DNA of 63,797 nucleotides, filler included, from Octopus bimaculoides (lineage: Eukaryota): the NCBI RefSeq assembly GCF_001194135.2. It is 4 parts of 4 records of this genome, joined end to end, with 100 filler letters (N's around TTAATTAATTAA, not from the genome) between each part and the next. Parts side by side here need not be neighbours in the genome. Positions count along the whole stretch, not along the records: positions 34,444 to 57,934 come from NC_069008.1; 3 more parts are not named here. The stretch is one strand, 5' to 3'. Below, piece by piece: positions 41,650 through 52,196 of the stretch; the first letter of the stretch is position 1; the number at the start of each line of letters is the position of its first letter. The notes beneath the pieces are model-generated. The model had not been told where the DNA came from. It saw only the letters and a list, made by a program, of their open reading frames with translations, and searched no databases. Both the position numbers and the translations under genes were made by a program.

Positions 41650-42410
41650 ACACACACATACATATATATATAGAGAGAGAGTGTGAGTGAGAGAGATAAT
41701 CTAAATGTTTTCAAACACCTGTAGAATATAAAACTTTCTCCCCTGAAAAACAGGTGAGGGTTGGTGACAGGAAAAGCACCTAGCTGTAAACCCTGGCTCA
41801 CAATTAATTGTCTGTTCGTCCCTGGACNNNNNNNNNNNNNNNNNNNNNNNNNNNNNNNNNNNNNNNNNNNNNNNNNNNNNNNNNNNNNNNNNNNNNNNNN
41901 NNNNNNNNNNNNNNNNNNNNNNNNNNNNNNNNNNNNNNNNNNNNNNNNNNNNNNNNNNNNNNNNNNNNNNNNNNNNNNNNNNNNNNNNNNNNNNNNNNNN
42001 NNNNNNNNNNNNNNNNNNNNNNNNNNNNNNNNNNNNNNNNNNNNNNNNNNNNNNNNNNNNNNNNNNNNNNNNNNNNNNNNNNNNNNNNNNNNNNNNNNNN
42101 NNNNNNNNNNNNNNNNNNNNNNNNNNNNNNNNNNNNNNNNNNNNNNNNNNNNNNNNNNNNNNNNNNNNNNNNNNNNNNNNNNNNNNNNNNNNNNNNNNNN
42201 NNNNNNNNNNNNNNNNNNNNNNNNNNNNNNNNNNNNNNNNNNNNNNNNNNNNNNNNCACCCCACTCACCATGGTGACCAGTCAAAAACAGTTGCCATACT
42301 CACTTGCAGCTAAGTAAGGGCTGCTGGACTGTAACAGGGAATGGGGCTACCCCCATACCCAATACGACTGTACTGAACCAGGGGTGGTTCCTTAACCCCA
42401 ACACACTTAC

Positions 42411-42515
42411 CAAATAAAGGACCCTGTAGGAATGACCGGTAAGTTTTGCTATCTGGACAAGACCTGGGTATTTCCACACTAAAATCTGGTTCTGGGAGTA
42501 GCCATGGGTGCTGAC
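42411..42515 (-). CDS. FZR1: FZR1 coding exon 11 (VSTHGYSQNQILVWKYPGLVQIAKLTGHSYRVLYL)
   Basis: Closely matches the Cdh1 family; ctgcag acceptor, ttg|gtaagt donor; 105 nt. Confidence 0.98.
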
Positions 42516-43041
42516 CTGCAGAAAGAGAGAAATATAACAACAGACAAGTTAATAATAGTGACAGTGGTGGTGGTCGTCATGGTGCATTGTGGGGTGGTAG
42601 TAGTAGTGGTGGTGTGCTGTGGTTGGGGTAGAGTAGTAGTGGTGGTGGTGATGGTGAGGATGGTGAGCTGTGTTGTGGTAGCAGCCATAGTGGCATTCCT
42701 ACTGGCACTATTAGCGTTTATATATATGCATATGTACATGTGTTTATGTATATATGTATGTGTTTATGTTTATATATGTGTATGTGTAGTGTATAGTTGT
42801 GTTTGTGTATATGTCTATGTATATATGCGCATGTGTAGTGGTGGTGCAGTAGTAGTAGTAGTAGTAGTGGTGGTGGTGGTAGTGGTAATATGGCAGTAAT
42901 GGTGTGGTAGTAGTTGATGTACAATGTGGCTGTGGTGGTGATGGGAGTGTGTGGGGTGATGTAGAAGATCATAACTTTGATGATGATGATGATAGTAACA
43001 AAGGTAGTAATTAAAATGGTTGTTTAATAAAACGAACTTAC

Positions 43042-43338
43042 CAACTCATTAGAATGTTTGGACCAAGCTAAGTTACAGACTTGTGATCCGGTGTCGACAC
43101 ACTGTAGCGGCTGACCAGTGAGGGTGTTCCAGAATCTCATACAGCGGTCCGCTGTGCCTCCGCCACTGGCCAGCAGACCATGTTGGTGTGGGGACCAGGC
43201 TATGGCCTTAACGGCCGCTAGGTGTTCCGTGTAGGTCTGCACGGGGCTCACACTGGTCACATTCCATACAAACAGTTTGTTATCGTTGCCACCTGAGGCC
43301 AGGTGTTGGTGGTCAGGGGACCACTTGAGACCACAGAC
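43042..43338 (-). CDS. FZR1: FZR1 coding exon 10 (VCGLKWSPDHQHLASGGNDN...AWSKHSNEL)
   Basis: 99 codons of WD40 repeats incl. HLAAVKAIAWSPHQHGLLASGGGTADRC; ttg|gtaagt donor. Confidence 0.99.
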
Positions 43339-43431
43339 CTGGGAAAATAGAAAAACAGCAGTTAGTTTAGTTGGTTAGAAAGACTGTGCGTGTGTGTGTA
43401 CATGTTTGTGTGTCTATGTTTGTCCCCCCAG

Positions 43432-43610
43432 CATCGCTTGACAACCGATGCTGGTGTGTTTACGTCCGCATAACTTAGTGGTTCGGCAAAAGAGATCCGA
43501 TAGAATAAGTACTAGGCTTCCAAAGAATAAGTCCTGGGGTCGATTTGCTCGACTAAAGGCGGTGCTCCAGCATGGCCGCAGTCAAATGACTGAAACAAGT
43601 AAAAGAGTAA
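43432..43610 (+). mobile_element. SINE family B tail in FZR1 intron 9
   Basis: catcgcttgacaaccgatgctggtgtgtttacgtcc...gaaacaagtaaaagagtaaa; opposite-orientation tails at 48815-49015, 50415-50600 and 53540-53725. Confidence 0.8.
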
Positions 43611-43778
43611 ACAGCCCACACCATTCTTAACCCCTACTTTTAATAATATGGGCCTCACGAAGGCAAAATGGCTGATGTGTGATGAAGGTGAATAAGAGAG
43701 GAAAAGGGGATCCAGGTGGATAGAGAGACAGGGAGTGAGATGAATGCAGTAGGGGTACTGAAGACCCTAAATAGTTAC

Positions 43779-43900
43779 CTCTTGCCTGTGTCCAGTCAAC
43801 TTTCTCTCTGGGGCTAAAGAAGGGGTGCGTATATCTCTTTGAAGGATCAGACGGTCTCTACTGCCCGAAGACAATATATCAGCGTTCCAAGCCAGTGCTC
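43779..43900 (-). CDS. FZR1: FZR1 coding exon 9 ((G)ALAWNADILSSGSRDRLILQRDIRTPSLAPERKLTGHRQE)
   Basis: Starts with 2 nt completing the phase-1 Gly codon; tttcag acceptor, gag|gtaact donor; 122 nt. Confidence 0.98.
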
Positions 43901-44119
43901 CTGAAACGAAACAAAAACAGGCACAGTGTATCTACGACTACATAATCTGATGTGTCCGCATTCTTTCTTATTGTCGTGGCAGTGGTGTGGTGTGGTGTTG
44001 ACACAGATATGGTAATGCTGTAGCATGTGGTTTGATGGACATCTGGCTGCTATTTCTAGCAGACTCACTAACCCACCCCCTGACCCCGGTAAGTATTGAA
44101 CTCAAACCCTTCCACTTAC

Positions 44120-44222
44120 CAACGCGAGCTGTGTGACCTTCCAGTGTGTTGATTTTCTTGTTCGCAGTTACATCCCAAATCTGGACATAACCTTTGTGGG
44201 TTCCCACGGCAACCAGATGACC
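44120..44222 (-). CDS. FZR1: FZR1 coding exon 8 (GHLVAVGTHKGYVQIWDVTANKKINTLEGHTARV+g)
   Basis: WD40 segment; 103 nt ending in phase 1 at g|gtaagt. Confidence 0.98.
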
Positions 44223-44523
44223 CTACAACAGAAACAGAAAAACACACTGAGAGATCTGGGTGAAGCAGGGACGGACGGGGGCGGACGGGGACACACACAT
44301 AACAAGAGAAGGACCAGGTGGTGGTGGAGGTGGTAGTGATGATTAGGAAGAGAAAGAGAGGGGAGGAAGGGGAGGAGCAAGAGGAGAGGCAGAAGGGGCA
44401 GAGGAGGGGAAAGAGAATGATGAGAATAATGGTGAGTAGGCAGAGGCAGAAGAGGAGGATGATAGTGGTGATGATGATGATGATATTCAGAATGGCAGTG
44501 TGGCTGCTGCTGCTGAAACTCAC

Positions 44524-44589
44524 CCTTTCAGCCCAAGATACAGCTGTTACAGAATCTCCATCAGAAGCCAGGTCACAAAGTCGGGTCAC
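44524..44589 (-). CDS. FZR1: FZR1 coding exon 7 (VTRLCDLASDGDSVTAVSWAER)
   Basis: WD40 segment; ttgtag acceptor, agg|gtgagt donor; 66 nt. Confidence 0.97.
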
Positions 44590-44839
44590 CTACAAAAACA
44601 ACAAACACTTCACACTCACTATCATTATTATCATTATTATTATCATCATTATCATTATTCTACTGGGGTCGACTTTGCCTTTCATCCTTTTGGGGTTGAT
44701 TAAATAAGTACCAGTTACACACTGGGGTTGATGTAATCAGCTTAATCCCTTCCCCCAAATTTGAGGCTTTGTGCTTCCAGTAGAAAGAATTATTATTATT
44801 ATTATTATTATTACTATTATTATTATTATTATTATTAGC

Positions 44840-45050
44840 AGCATACATTTTCCGATATATTTTCTACGTACAACAGAAATGACGATTAGGAAGCAATTTT
44901 CTCCAGTGGTCCCTGACAACAATATCTGGTTGGTTAGCCTGATCTCACGGTCTATTTGCATTGATGTGTTTCAGAGTACGGTGGCTTTAGCATTTTTCTG
45001 AGGCCTTTTCTGGAGTATGCTTGTACAGGTACCAAACCTCTTATCCAGAA
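44840..45050 (-). mobile_element. R4/Dong-like endonuclease fragment abutting (TAA)n, in FZR1 intron 6
   Basis: Frameshifted WYLYKHTPEKASENAKATVL...MQIDREI.ANQPDIVVRDH...CFLIVISV; (TAA)n at 44788-44838. Confidence 0.7.
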
Positions 45051-45216
45051 TCCAGAATGACACCAGTACATAACTGGTACTTAATTTATTGAACCTGAAA
45101 GGACGAAAGTCAAAGTCAACCCCAGTGGCATCTGAATCCAGAATGTGAAGACAGATGAAATACTGCTAAGCATTTCACCCAGCATGCTAACGATTCCGTC
45201 AGCTCACCATTTTAAT

Positions 45217-45254
<38 letters not shown>

Positions 45255-45486
45255 TCCATTCTACAATAGACACAATGCCTGGAATTTAACCTTTAGTCAT
45301 TTAGATTGACTAAAGTCAAAGTCAACCTTGATGGAATTTGAACTAAGAACATAAAAACAAACAAAATGTCTTAATAATAATAATAATAATAAGTAGCAGC
45401 AGCATTTGCCCATTTCCCTACTGCACCTGAAAACTCTTGTTTAACTATTTTCTCTTATATTTTTTAATAAACTGTGTTGTGCACAC

Positions 45487-45521
<35 letters not shown>

Positions 45522-45541
45522 TACGTAAAAGGGTCACTTAC

Positions 45542-45697
45542 CTGGCTAGTACACGCACTCCATAAATAAACACAAGTGCCCAAACCAACACTAAGAACAT
45601 TCTGTGATGACCAATCAACTAAATTCAAATAGAAATCATCTTGGAGTTCTGGGGCATCAAGAACCTTGAAGGGAATTTTTGATATCTTTCTCATGGC
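45542..45697 (-). CDS. FZR1: FZR1 coding exon 6 (AMRKISKIPFKVLDAPELQDDFYLNLVDWSSQNVLSVGLGTCVYLWSACTSQ)
   Basis: Diagnostic Cdc20/Cdh1 motif VLDAPELQDDFYLNLVDWS; cag|gtaagt donor; 156 nt. Confidence 0.99.
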
Positions 45698-45944
45698 CTG
45701 TTGGGGGAGAGAGAGAGAATTTTGGAATGTTTTAACCGAAGAAAAATGATTTCAAAATATCACGTTTTGGTTTCACTTCATTATTACAATTGACGTGTGT
45801 GTATATAAAACTAGATATTTGCATACAATAAGCATGTGTGTGTGTGTGTGTATATAAATATATATATATACATACACACGCACACACACACAATATTCAC
45901 GCACGTGTAGGATCAAGCTGTAAATGACACAGCGTTGGACTTAC

Positions 45945-46046
45945 CTTCCTAGGTGAACGCAGCAGCTTTTGACTTTTACTTCCGACAGGAGACAGAGAAT
46001 AAGGGGATGAATCTGCAGCATCGGGGCTGCGGCGGGGAACATAATA
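45945..46046 (-). CDS. FZR1: FZR1 coding exon 5 (YYVPRRSPDAADSSPYSLSPVGSKSQKLLRSPRK)
   Basis: SPYSLSPV.KSQKLLRSPRK with the KLLR motif; ttgcag acceptor, aag|gtaagt donor; 102 nt. Confidence 0.97.
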
Positions 46047-46286
46047 CTGCAATGTAGAAAAAAAAGAGGACATCACTCAAGACATAATAGGGGGGAGGTG
46101 GGGGGGGGGTTGTTTAACCCCAGGTCAGTTTAGATCCAAAAGACGTATGATCAAAGACGTTCCACCCATGTTTTATTCAGACATAGTGTATCTAAGACTA
46201 CATTATCTAATGTGCCCTTCATTTACAAGAAAGTAGAATGCAATTTAACTGCTATTTCTATCAGAAGTTATTCCAGGTGCAATTAC

Positions 46287-46346
46287 CTTAAACAAGTTAC
46301 GACTCTCCTTGGGAACAAGAATTCGTCGGTCGTCAGGTTGTTGGTC
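46287..46346 (-). CDS. FZR1: FZR1 coding exon 4 (DQQPDDRRILVPKESRNLFK)
   Basis: Resembles Cdh1 DPQTEDRRL...LF; tttcag acceptor, aag|gtaatt donor; 60 nt. Confidence 0.92.
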
Positions 46347-46657
46347 CTGAAACAAGAGACAAACATTATTAATATTATTATCATTATTATTGATAATAAT
46401 AATTATGGAATGGGCCAGATGTAATTTACTGAAGCAGATTTTACTACAGCTGGGTGCCTTTCCTGCTTCCAACCTTCATCNNNNNNNNNNNNNNNNNNNN
46501 NNNNNNNNNNNNNNNNNNNNNNNNNNNNNNNNNNNNNNNNNNATTTCACCAGGGCTGAACCTTTTTTTTTCTTTTATGGAAGATTGGAAACAAAAGGCAT
46601 TACTCACTTCTATGATGATGATGATGATGATGGTGATGGTGATGGTGATGATGATGG

Positions 46658-46688
<31 letters not shown>

Positions 46689-46734
46689 GATGGTGATGAC
46701 GTTCAACAATGACTGAACAAAGAAAGCAACCAAC

Positions 46735-46863
46735 CTTGATATCTTCAATCCCAGCCGAGAGAAGTTCGTTCTTCAAGAGACAAGTGTAGGCAAGACCGTC
46801 TTTACCGCCATCGGGGTTCGATTCTTTGGCTTTGCGGGTTTGGTTGAGAGACGGAGGACTGTC
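46735..46863 (-). CDS. FZR1: FZR1 coding exon 3 (DSPPSLNQTRKAKESNPDGGKDGLAYTCLLKNELLSAGIEDIK)
   Basis: Conserved KDGLAY..LLKNELL.AGIE motif; tag|gac acceptor, aag|gttggt donor; 129 nt. Confidence 0.96.
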
Positions 46864-47063
46864 CTACAACGGCAACATCAGTTTTATTGTTTTGATTTCT
46901 TTCCAGAAGGGACCATACACACACACACACACACACACACACGCAACAAATATGGCAGGGTCAACTACACACACTCAGGCAATTGCAGGGTTAACTACAT
47001 ACAAGTAGTAGTGCAGTGTAGGGGTTAGGGTTAAATAATAAAGCAACGACAATAAGTGTTCAC

Positions 47064-47174
47064 CTGAATCATATTGAAGTTAACAATCCAGTTGGAACCG
47101 GCTCGGCTGGGAATGAAACGGTCTCCATATTTCTCTTTGCTTGGTGAAGCTGCCGGACTGCTTCCTGGAATTGG
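47064..47174 (-). CDS. FZR1: FZR1 coding exon 2 (PIPGSSPAASPSKEKYGDRFIPSRAGSNWIVNFNMIQ)
   Basis: Contains the C-box DRFIPSR and SP sites; ttccag acceptor, cag|gtgaac donor; 111 nt, phase 0/0. Confidence 0.97.
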
Positions 47175-47348
47175 CTGGAAGAAAGAGAGGAAGAGGAAAT
47201 ATGGGCTTGGATAGAGAGGGGTCAAATAAGACACACACACACATCATCAAGGTATATATATTCATATCATCATTAAGCTATGCACGTATATACAAATGTG
47301 CATATGTGTCTGTACACATGTTTATGTCATCATCATCATCATCATCAT

Positions 47349-47578
47349 CAGGGCTGTGGAATCAAACCAAAAAACTTAGACTCCGACTCCTCTTTATGTA
47401 ATTAAGTGATTGTGGTTTACATATCTCATAAGGCCATGCTTGGACTCTGAGTCGGCCCCTATGTTACAACTGGTTTATATTAAAGAATAAAGGTATTGCG
47501 AGTCAGAGTCGGTATAGTTTTAACGACTCCAACTCCAGTTGCCCCTTAATTGTTTCTGACTCCGACTCCACAGCCCTA
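47349..47578. mobile_element. hAT-like MITE nested at an RTE tail
   Basis: Terminal inverted repeats CAGGGCTGTGGA...TCCACAGCCCTA with subterminal GACTCC repeats; no clear 8-bp TSD. Confidence 0.6.
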
Positions 47579-48250
47579 ACATCCGTTGTCCATGCTGGCA
47601 TGGGTTGGACAGTTTAACCAGGGCTGACAAGCCGGAAAGCTGCACCAGACTCCAGCCTGGTCTGGCAGGCTTTCTACAGCTGGATGCCCTTCCTAACACC
47701 AACCACTCCGAGAGTGTAGTGGGTGCTCTTATGTGCCACCAAAAAGTGTGCCATTTGTGTGACACCAATATCTTCCACAACTGTGATTTTACTTGGCTTG
47801 ATGGGTCTTCTTCCCAGCACAACATAATGCCAAAGGTCTGTCATTGACTCCGTGAGGCCCAACACTCGAAAGGAGCTTTTCACTTGCCACCGACATCAGC
47901 CGCTTTGCCTCCATGAGGCCCAATGCTCAAAAGGAGCTTTTTACGTGCCACTGGCACAGGTGCCAATTATGTGACACCAGCATCAGCCACAACTACGATT
48001 TCACTTGGCTTGACGGGTCTTCTCAAGCACAGCCTATCGCCAAAGGTCTCAGTCACTAGTCATTGCCTCTGTGACGCCCAAAGTCCGAAGATCCTCGTCC
48101 CATGTTTTCCTGGGTCTACCTCTTCCACAGGTTCCCTCCACTGTTAGGGTGTGACACTTCTTTACACAGCTGTCCTCATCTATACGCATCACATGACCAT
48201 ACCAGTGCAGTCGTCTCTCTTGCACACCACATCTGATGCCTCTTGTGCCC
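47579..48250 (-). mobile_element. RTE-clade LINE 3' end, same family as 27445-28308
   Basis: IRCGVQERRLHWYGHVMRIDEDSCVKKCHTLTVEGTCGRGRPRKTWDE plus the same 3'UTR. Confidence 0.9.
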
Positions 48251-48583
48251 ACCACAGAGAACGTTTCTGGTTACTCCTCATAGAATATAAAAAATTCTAA
48301 AAAGTAAAACTTTATTACATTATTGAATTTTTCTTAATAAAAAGGTGAGACAGGACACTGCAACATCATAACATTATACACACTCCTAATATTATATACA
48401 ATTTATAACCCCATGTATTATAAACGCTTCTAACACCATGTATTATATGCATCTCTAACACTATCTATTATTATACACACTCCTGATATTACTTAGCATA
48501 CACACATTTCTAATACGATGCAATATATATTATACATACCTTTCCTACCCCTGAGACAACATATTTATGCAGGCTTTCAATAC

Positions 48584-48620
<37 letters not shown>

Positions 48621-48655
48621 TATACACACACTGTAATAAGAATTGTGATACTTAC

Positions 48656-48721
48656 TGATGAATACGGTGAGTTCTGTCCATTTTGTTGTCGTAAAAGACG
48701 TTTCTCATATTCAGGGTCCAT
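48656..48721 (-). CDS. FZR1: fizzy-related/Cdh1 coding exon 1 (MDPEYEKRLLRQQNGQNSPYSS)
   Basis: ATG at 48721, resembling the MDQDYERRLLRQ N-terminus of Cdh1. Donor GTAAGT at 48655, 22 codons, phase 0. Acceptor (T)nCCAG at 48761 gives a 39-nt 5'UTR part. Confidence 0.93.
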
Positions 48722-49156
48722 ATTCTGGGTCTTTAAGGGCACCGGCACTTGAAATAAACACTGGAAAAAAAAAAGTATATATATATATAAATAAATATAT
48801 ATACACACACACACAACTTTTCTTTCATCTTTAACTTGTTTGCGGCCATGCTGGGGCACCACCTTGAAGAATTTTAACCAAACAAATTGACCCCAGAATT
48901 TATTACTTTTGAGCCTGGTACTTATTTTATTGGCTTCTTTTAGTGAACCACTTAGTAACAGGGACGTAAACACACCAACACTGGTTGTCAAGTGGTGATT
49001 GGGGACAAAGACACACACACATGAATTTACTCATTTCTTCAAAATTAATTAAAAGAAGGGGATCATATTTCAGCAGAAATATGCTAACAAAAGGGTTTAA
49101 AATAATAACCCCACCACAATACAGCTATTGCCTTTAAAGCTAAAGCTAAGCTTTAA

Positions 49157-49844
49157 AGGGGTTAGGATGTTACCAAGTGGTTTGATCCTTATTTGCATTG
49201 ACCTCGTATGTTGTGAGCTTCCAACTAATATAAGAAATATGTGATTAGTCTAATTGTTAATTAGTAATTAGGGGGTTGGAGTCAGTGCCACACTATATTG
49301 AGGGGTTAAGTTTGATGTTTTGAGTAAAACACCACAGCCCTATATACCCCCAACTCCCCACTACTCGATATTTTTATGACCCCAAAAACTCTGATAGGAT
49401 CTCTACAGTTGTTTGCCAACAACTCACAACCCCTAATAACAATAAATACCTTAAAAGGGGGCGGGGATAAAGAAAGTGAAAGTAGCTGAGAACAATAGAG
49501 GCCCAGATTAAGATAATCCTCACAGATTAGAGAGAAGACTCAGAGCATCAGTAGTAGTGGTGGTGATAATATGCCAGGTGTTGGGACTGAGTGGAACAAC
49601 CTGGGTGTTCATCACAGTGATATTTTTCCATGTCAGTGGTGGTGGTCACTACAAGGATTCAGACAGTGCAGTGGTAAGAAACAGCATTGGACCCTTCAAC
49701 ACCCCAAGTGTGGCACTGACTCCAACCCCCTAATTACTAATTAACAATTAGACTAATCACATATTTCTTATATTAGTTGGAAGCTCACAACATACGAGGT
49801 CAATGCAAATAAGGATCAAACCACTTGGTAACATCCTAACCCCT
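49157..49844. mobile_element. Kolobok-like MITE (688 bp) with ~138-bp perfect TIRs
   Basis: 49151-49294 is the exact reverse complement of 49707-49850; TTAA at 49153-49156 and 49845-49848; termini AGG...CCT. Confidence 0.75.
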
Positions 49845-49854
49845 TTAAAGATCA

Positions 49855-50075
49855 AGGAGTCCAAGATTTTAACAAAAGATGAGATGGTCATGGCTGGAAA
49901 ATCTTTCATCATAGGTTTGTTAGATCAGGACTGACCTAGGGCTAAACAACAAGGAGGTGCACATTAGATAATATAGTCCTAGATACACTTATGTCTGAAT
50001 AAAAGATGGGATGGTCATGACTGGGGCGTCTTTGATCATAAATCTTTTGGATCAGGACTGACCTAAGGTTAAATA
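49855..50075. repeat. Dispersed repeat family D (gatggtcatggctgg...tttgatcatagg...gatcaggactgacc...gggctaaacaac)
   Basis: Two adjacent copies here, a direct copy at 39690-39810 and an inverted copy at 46110-46215. Confidence 0.6.
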
Positions 50076-52162
50076 AGTCTACACAAAGCAAAGAAAAAAA
50101 CTGGGGCCAAAAGTAAAAGAAGGAAGGATCCAGTGAAGAAAGCAGATTTGAGAGACAAAGGGAGGAGCAAAAGGGACTACTTCCTAGCTGAGAAACAAAG
50201 GGACCACAAAGAATAAGGATGTAAACAAAAGACAGCTGGGACCCTAAAATGTAGTAACATCAGTTCATTGCCCAGTGTTTGTGGGTTCAAAGCAAGCGTG
50301 TCACTGCAGGAGGGTGCCTCCTCCTCCATGCAGTAGCTCAACATGCTAGAAATAGTAGCCAAATCACTGAAAATTCAAATCCTCAAACTAGGAAAGAACA
50401 CATAATAATGTATATAACTTATTTCATTCATTAGATTGTGGCCATGCTGGGGCACCACTTTGAAGAATTTTAGTCAAACAAATTGACCCCAGAACTTATT
50501 TTCTTAAAGCCAAGCACTTATTAATTTCTTCTACCAAACTGCTAAGTTACAGGGAGATAAAAACACCAGGATCAGTTGTCAAGCAACAGTGGAGGACAAA
50601 CTACAGACACAAAAAACACACACACAGATATATATATATATATATATAGTTTCCCCAAAACTGGGGTCAATGCAATCAACTAACCCCTTCCCCTCAAAAC
50701 CACTCGACTCTTATGCCGGAATTAGAAACATTATTATTATTATTAATCATTAGCCGGACACAAAATGTTGAGAGGCATTTCATCCGTCTGTACATTCTGA
50801 GTTCAAATTCCACCAAGGTCAACCTTACCTCTTATTCTTTCAGGGGCGATAAATTAAGTACCAGTTGAACACTGAGGTCAATGTAATTGACTTAACTCCA
50901 CCCCCAAATTTCAAGCCTTGTGCCTTTAGTAGAAAGGATTATTATTATTATTATTATTATACTGTTATCACTTTTGTGTTTTACAAATATTTATTGTTCC
51001 AGGAGAAAAAAATAGAAGGTGGGCGTGGGGGGTGGACAGTAATTCTCCATTTACAAAGGTGAAAACTGAGAGGGGAAGGGGTGCTGTAGTACCCATGCAT
51101 GATACCACCACCCGTCATCAAAAAATAACACCTTGAAATAAACAAGTCTAAACATGTTTGACAAGTCTCACCCCCCCCCCAGCCTTCTCTTTGGCAGCTG
51201 TGAAAAGTGGACGACAAACAGACAAATATTGCATTATAAATAAATGATAGAAACCGTTTATTGTAATCACAGGTAATGTTATCATCGTACGGTTTTTTAT
51301 TAATATTATCATCAAAATTAGTGACACCGAAATAAATACTCAATACTTTATCTTCGCTATATCCTCCGCTTAATGCTATCAGCTGGTTATTGTTAACCAA
51401 AACGTCTCCGTCCCAAACTGATTACAATAACTGGTTTCTATTGTATGCACATGCATTTATCTATATGTGGGTATATATATATATATAAACATACACACGC
51501 ATATACATTTTCATTATACATTTGCATAATACACAGACGGTTGTGTATATATGTATGTATGTATGTATAGGAGCAGTGGGTGAGATTCAGAGACCTTCAT
51601 GCATTTCTAAACGGAATATAGGGGACGTGAGTGCAGAAGGGTCAAATGCAGGGCGGAGGTAAAGAATAGGTACACCACCCATTTTCGGGGTAACAAAAAC
51701 CCTAAACACCGGGTGTACGTATTCTTTTCCTTTCGCCAAATGTAGGACCCTTTATGTGGTTATGATAAAGGGGGAGATGTCGTTTAGCCCTAGGTCTTTC
51801 GGGGGGAGGACATTCTTCCCACCCTGCCCCTCTATAAACCTTATGGTGGTGGAAAGGAAACTAGCAGAACCTGGGATCAAATCAGCCCCAGCCACATCCG
51901 TTCCGTCTTCCTGTAAACCAGAGACGAAACATATTTAATAGCCTTGTTTACCTAGGAATCTAAAAGAGTGTTTCAGGAGATTTATGGCTTAATTTAGAGT
52001 CGTTTCGAACCACAGCGAAGAGTGAAGTGTTATTGTGGTGTGTGTGTGTGGGGGGGAGGGGTGTTCGTGGCCCCCAGGGACGAAGGGAGCCACCTGTAAG
52101 GCAGGAGAGTTGGTGCAGTGAGATGGGGGTCGTGTTCGTCAGATATATAATTACATATACAC

Positions 52163-52196
<34 letters not shown>

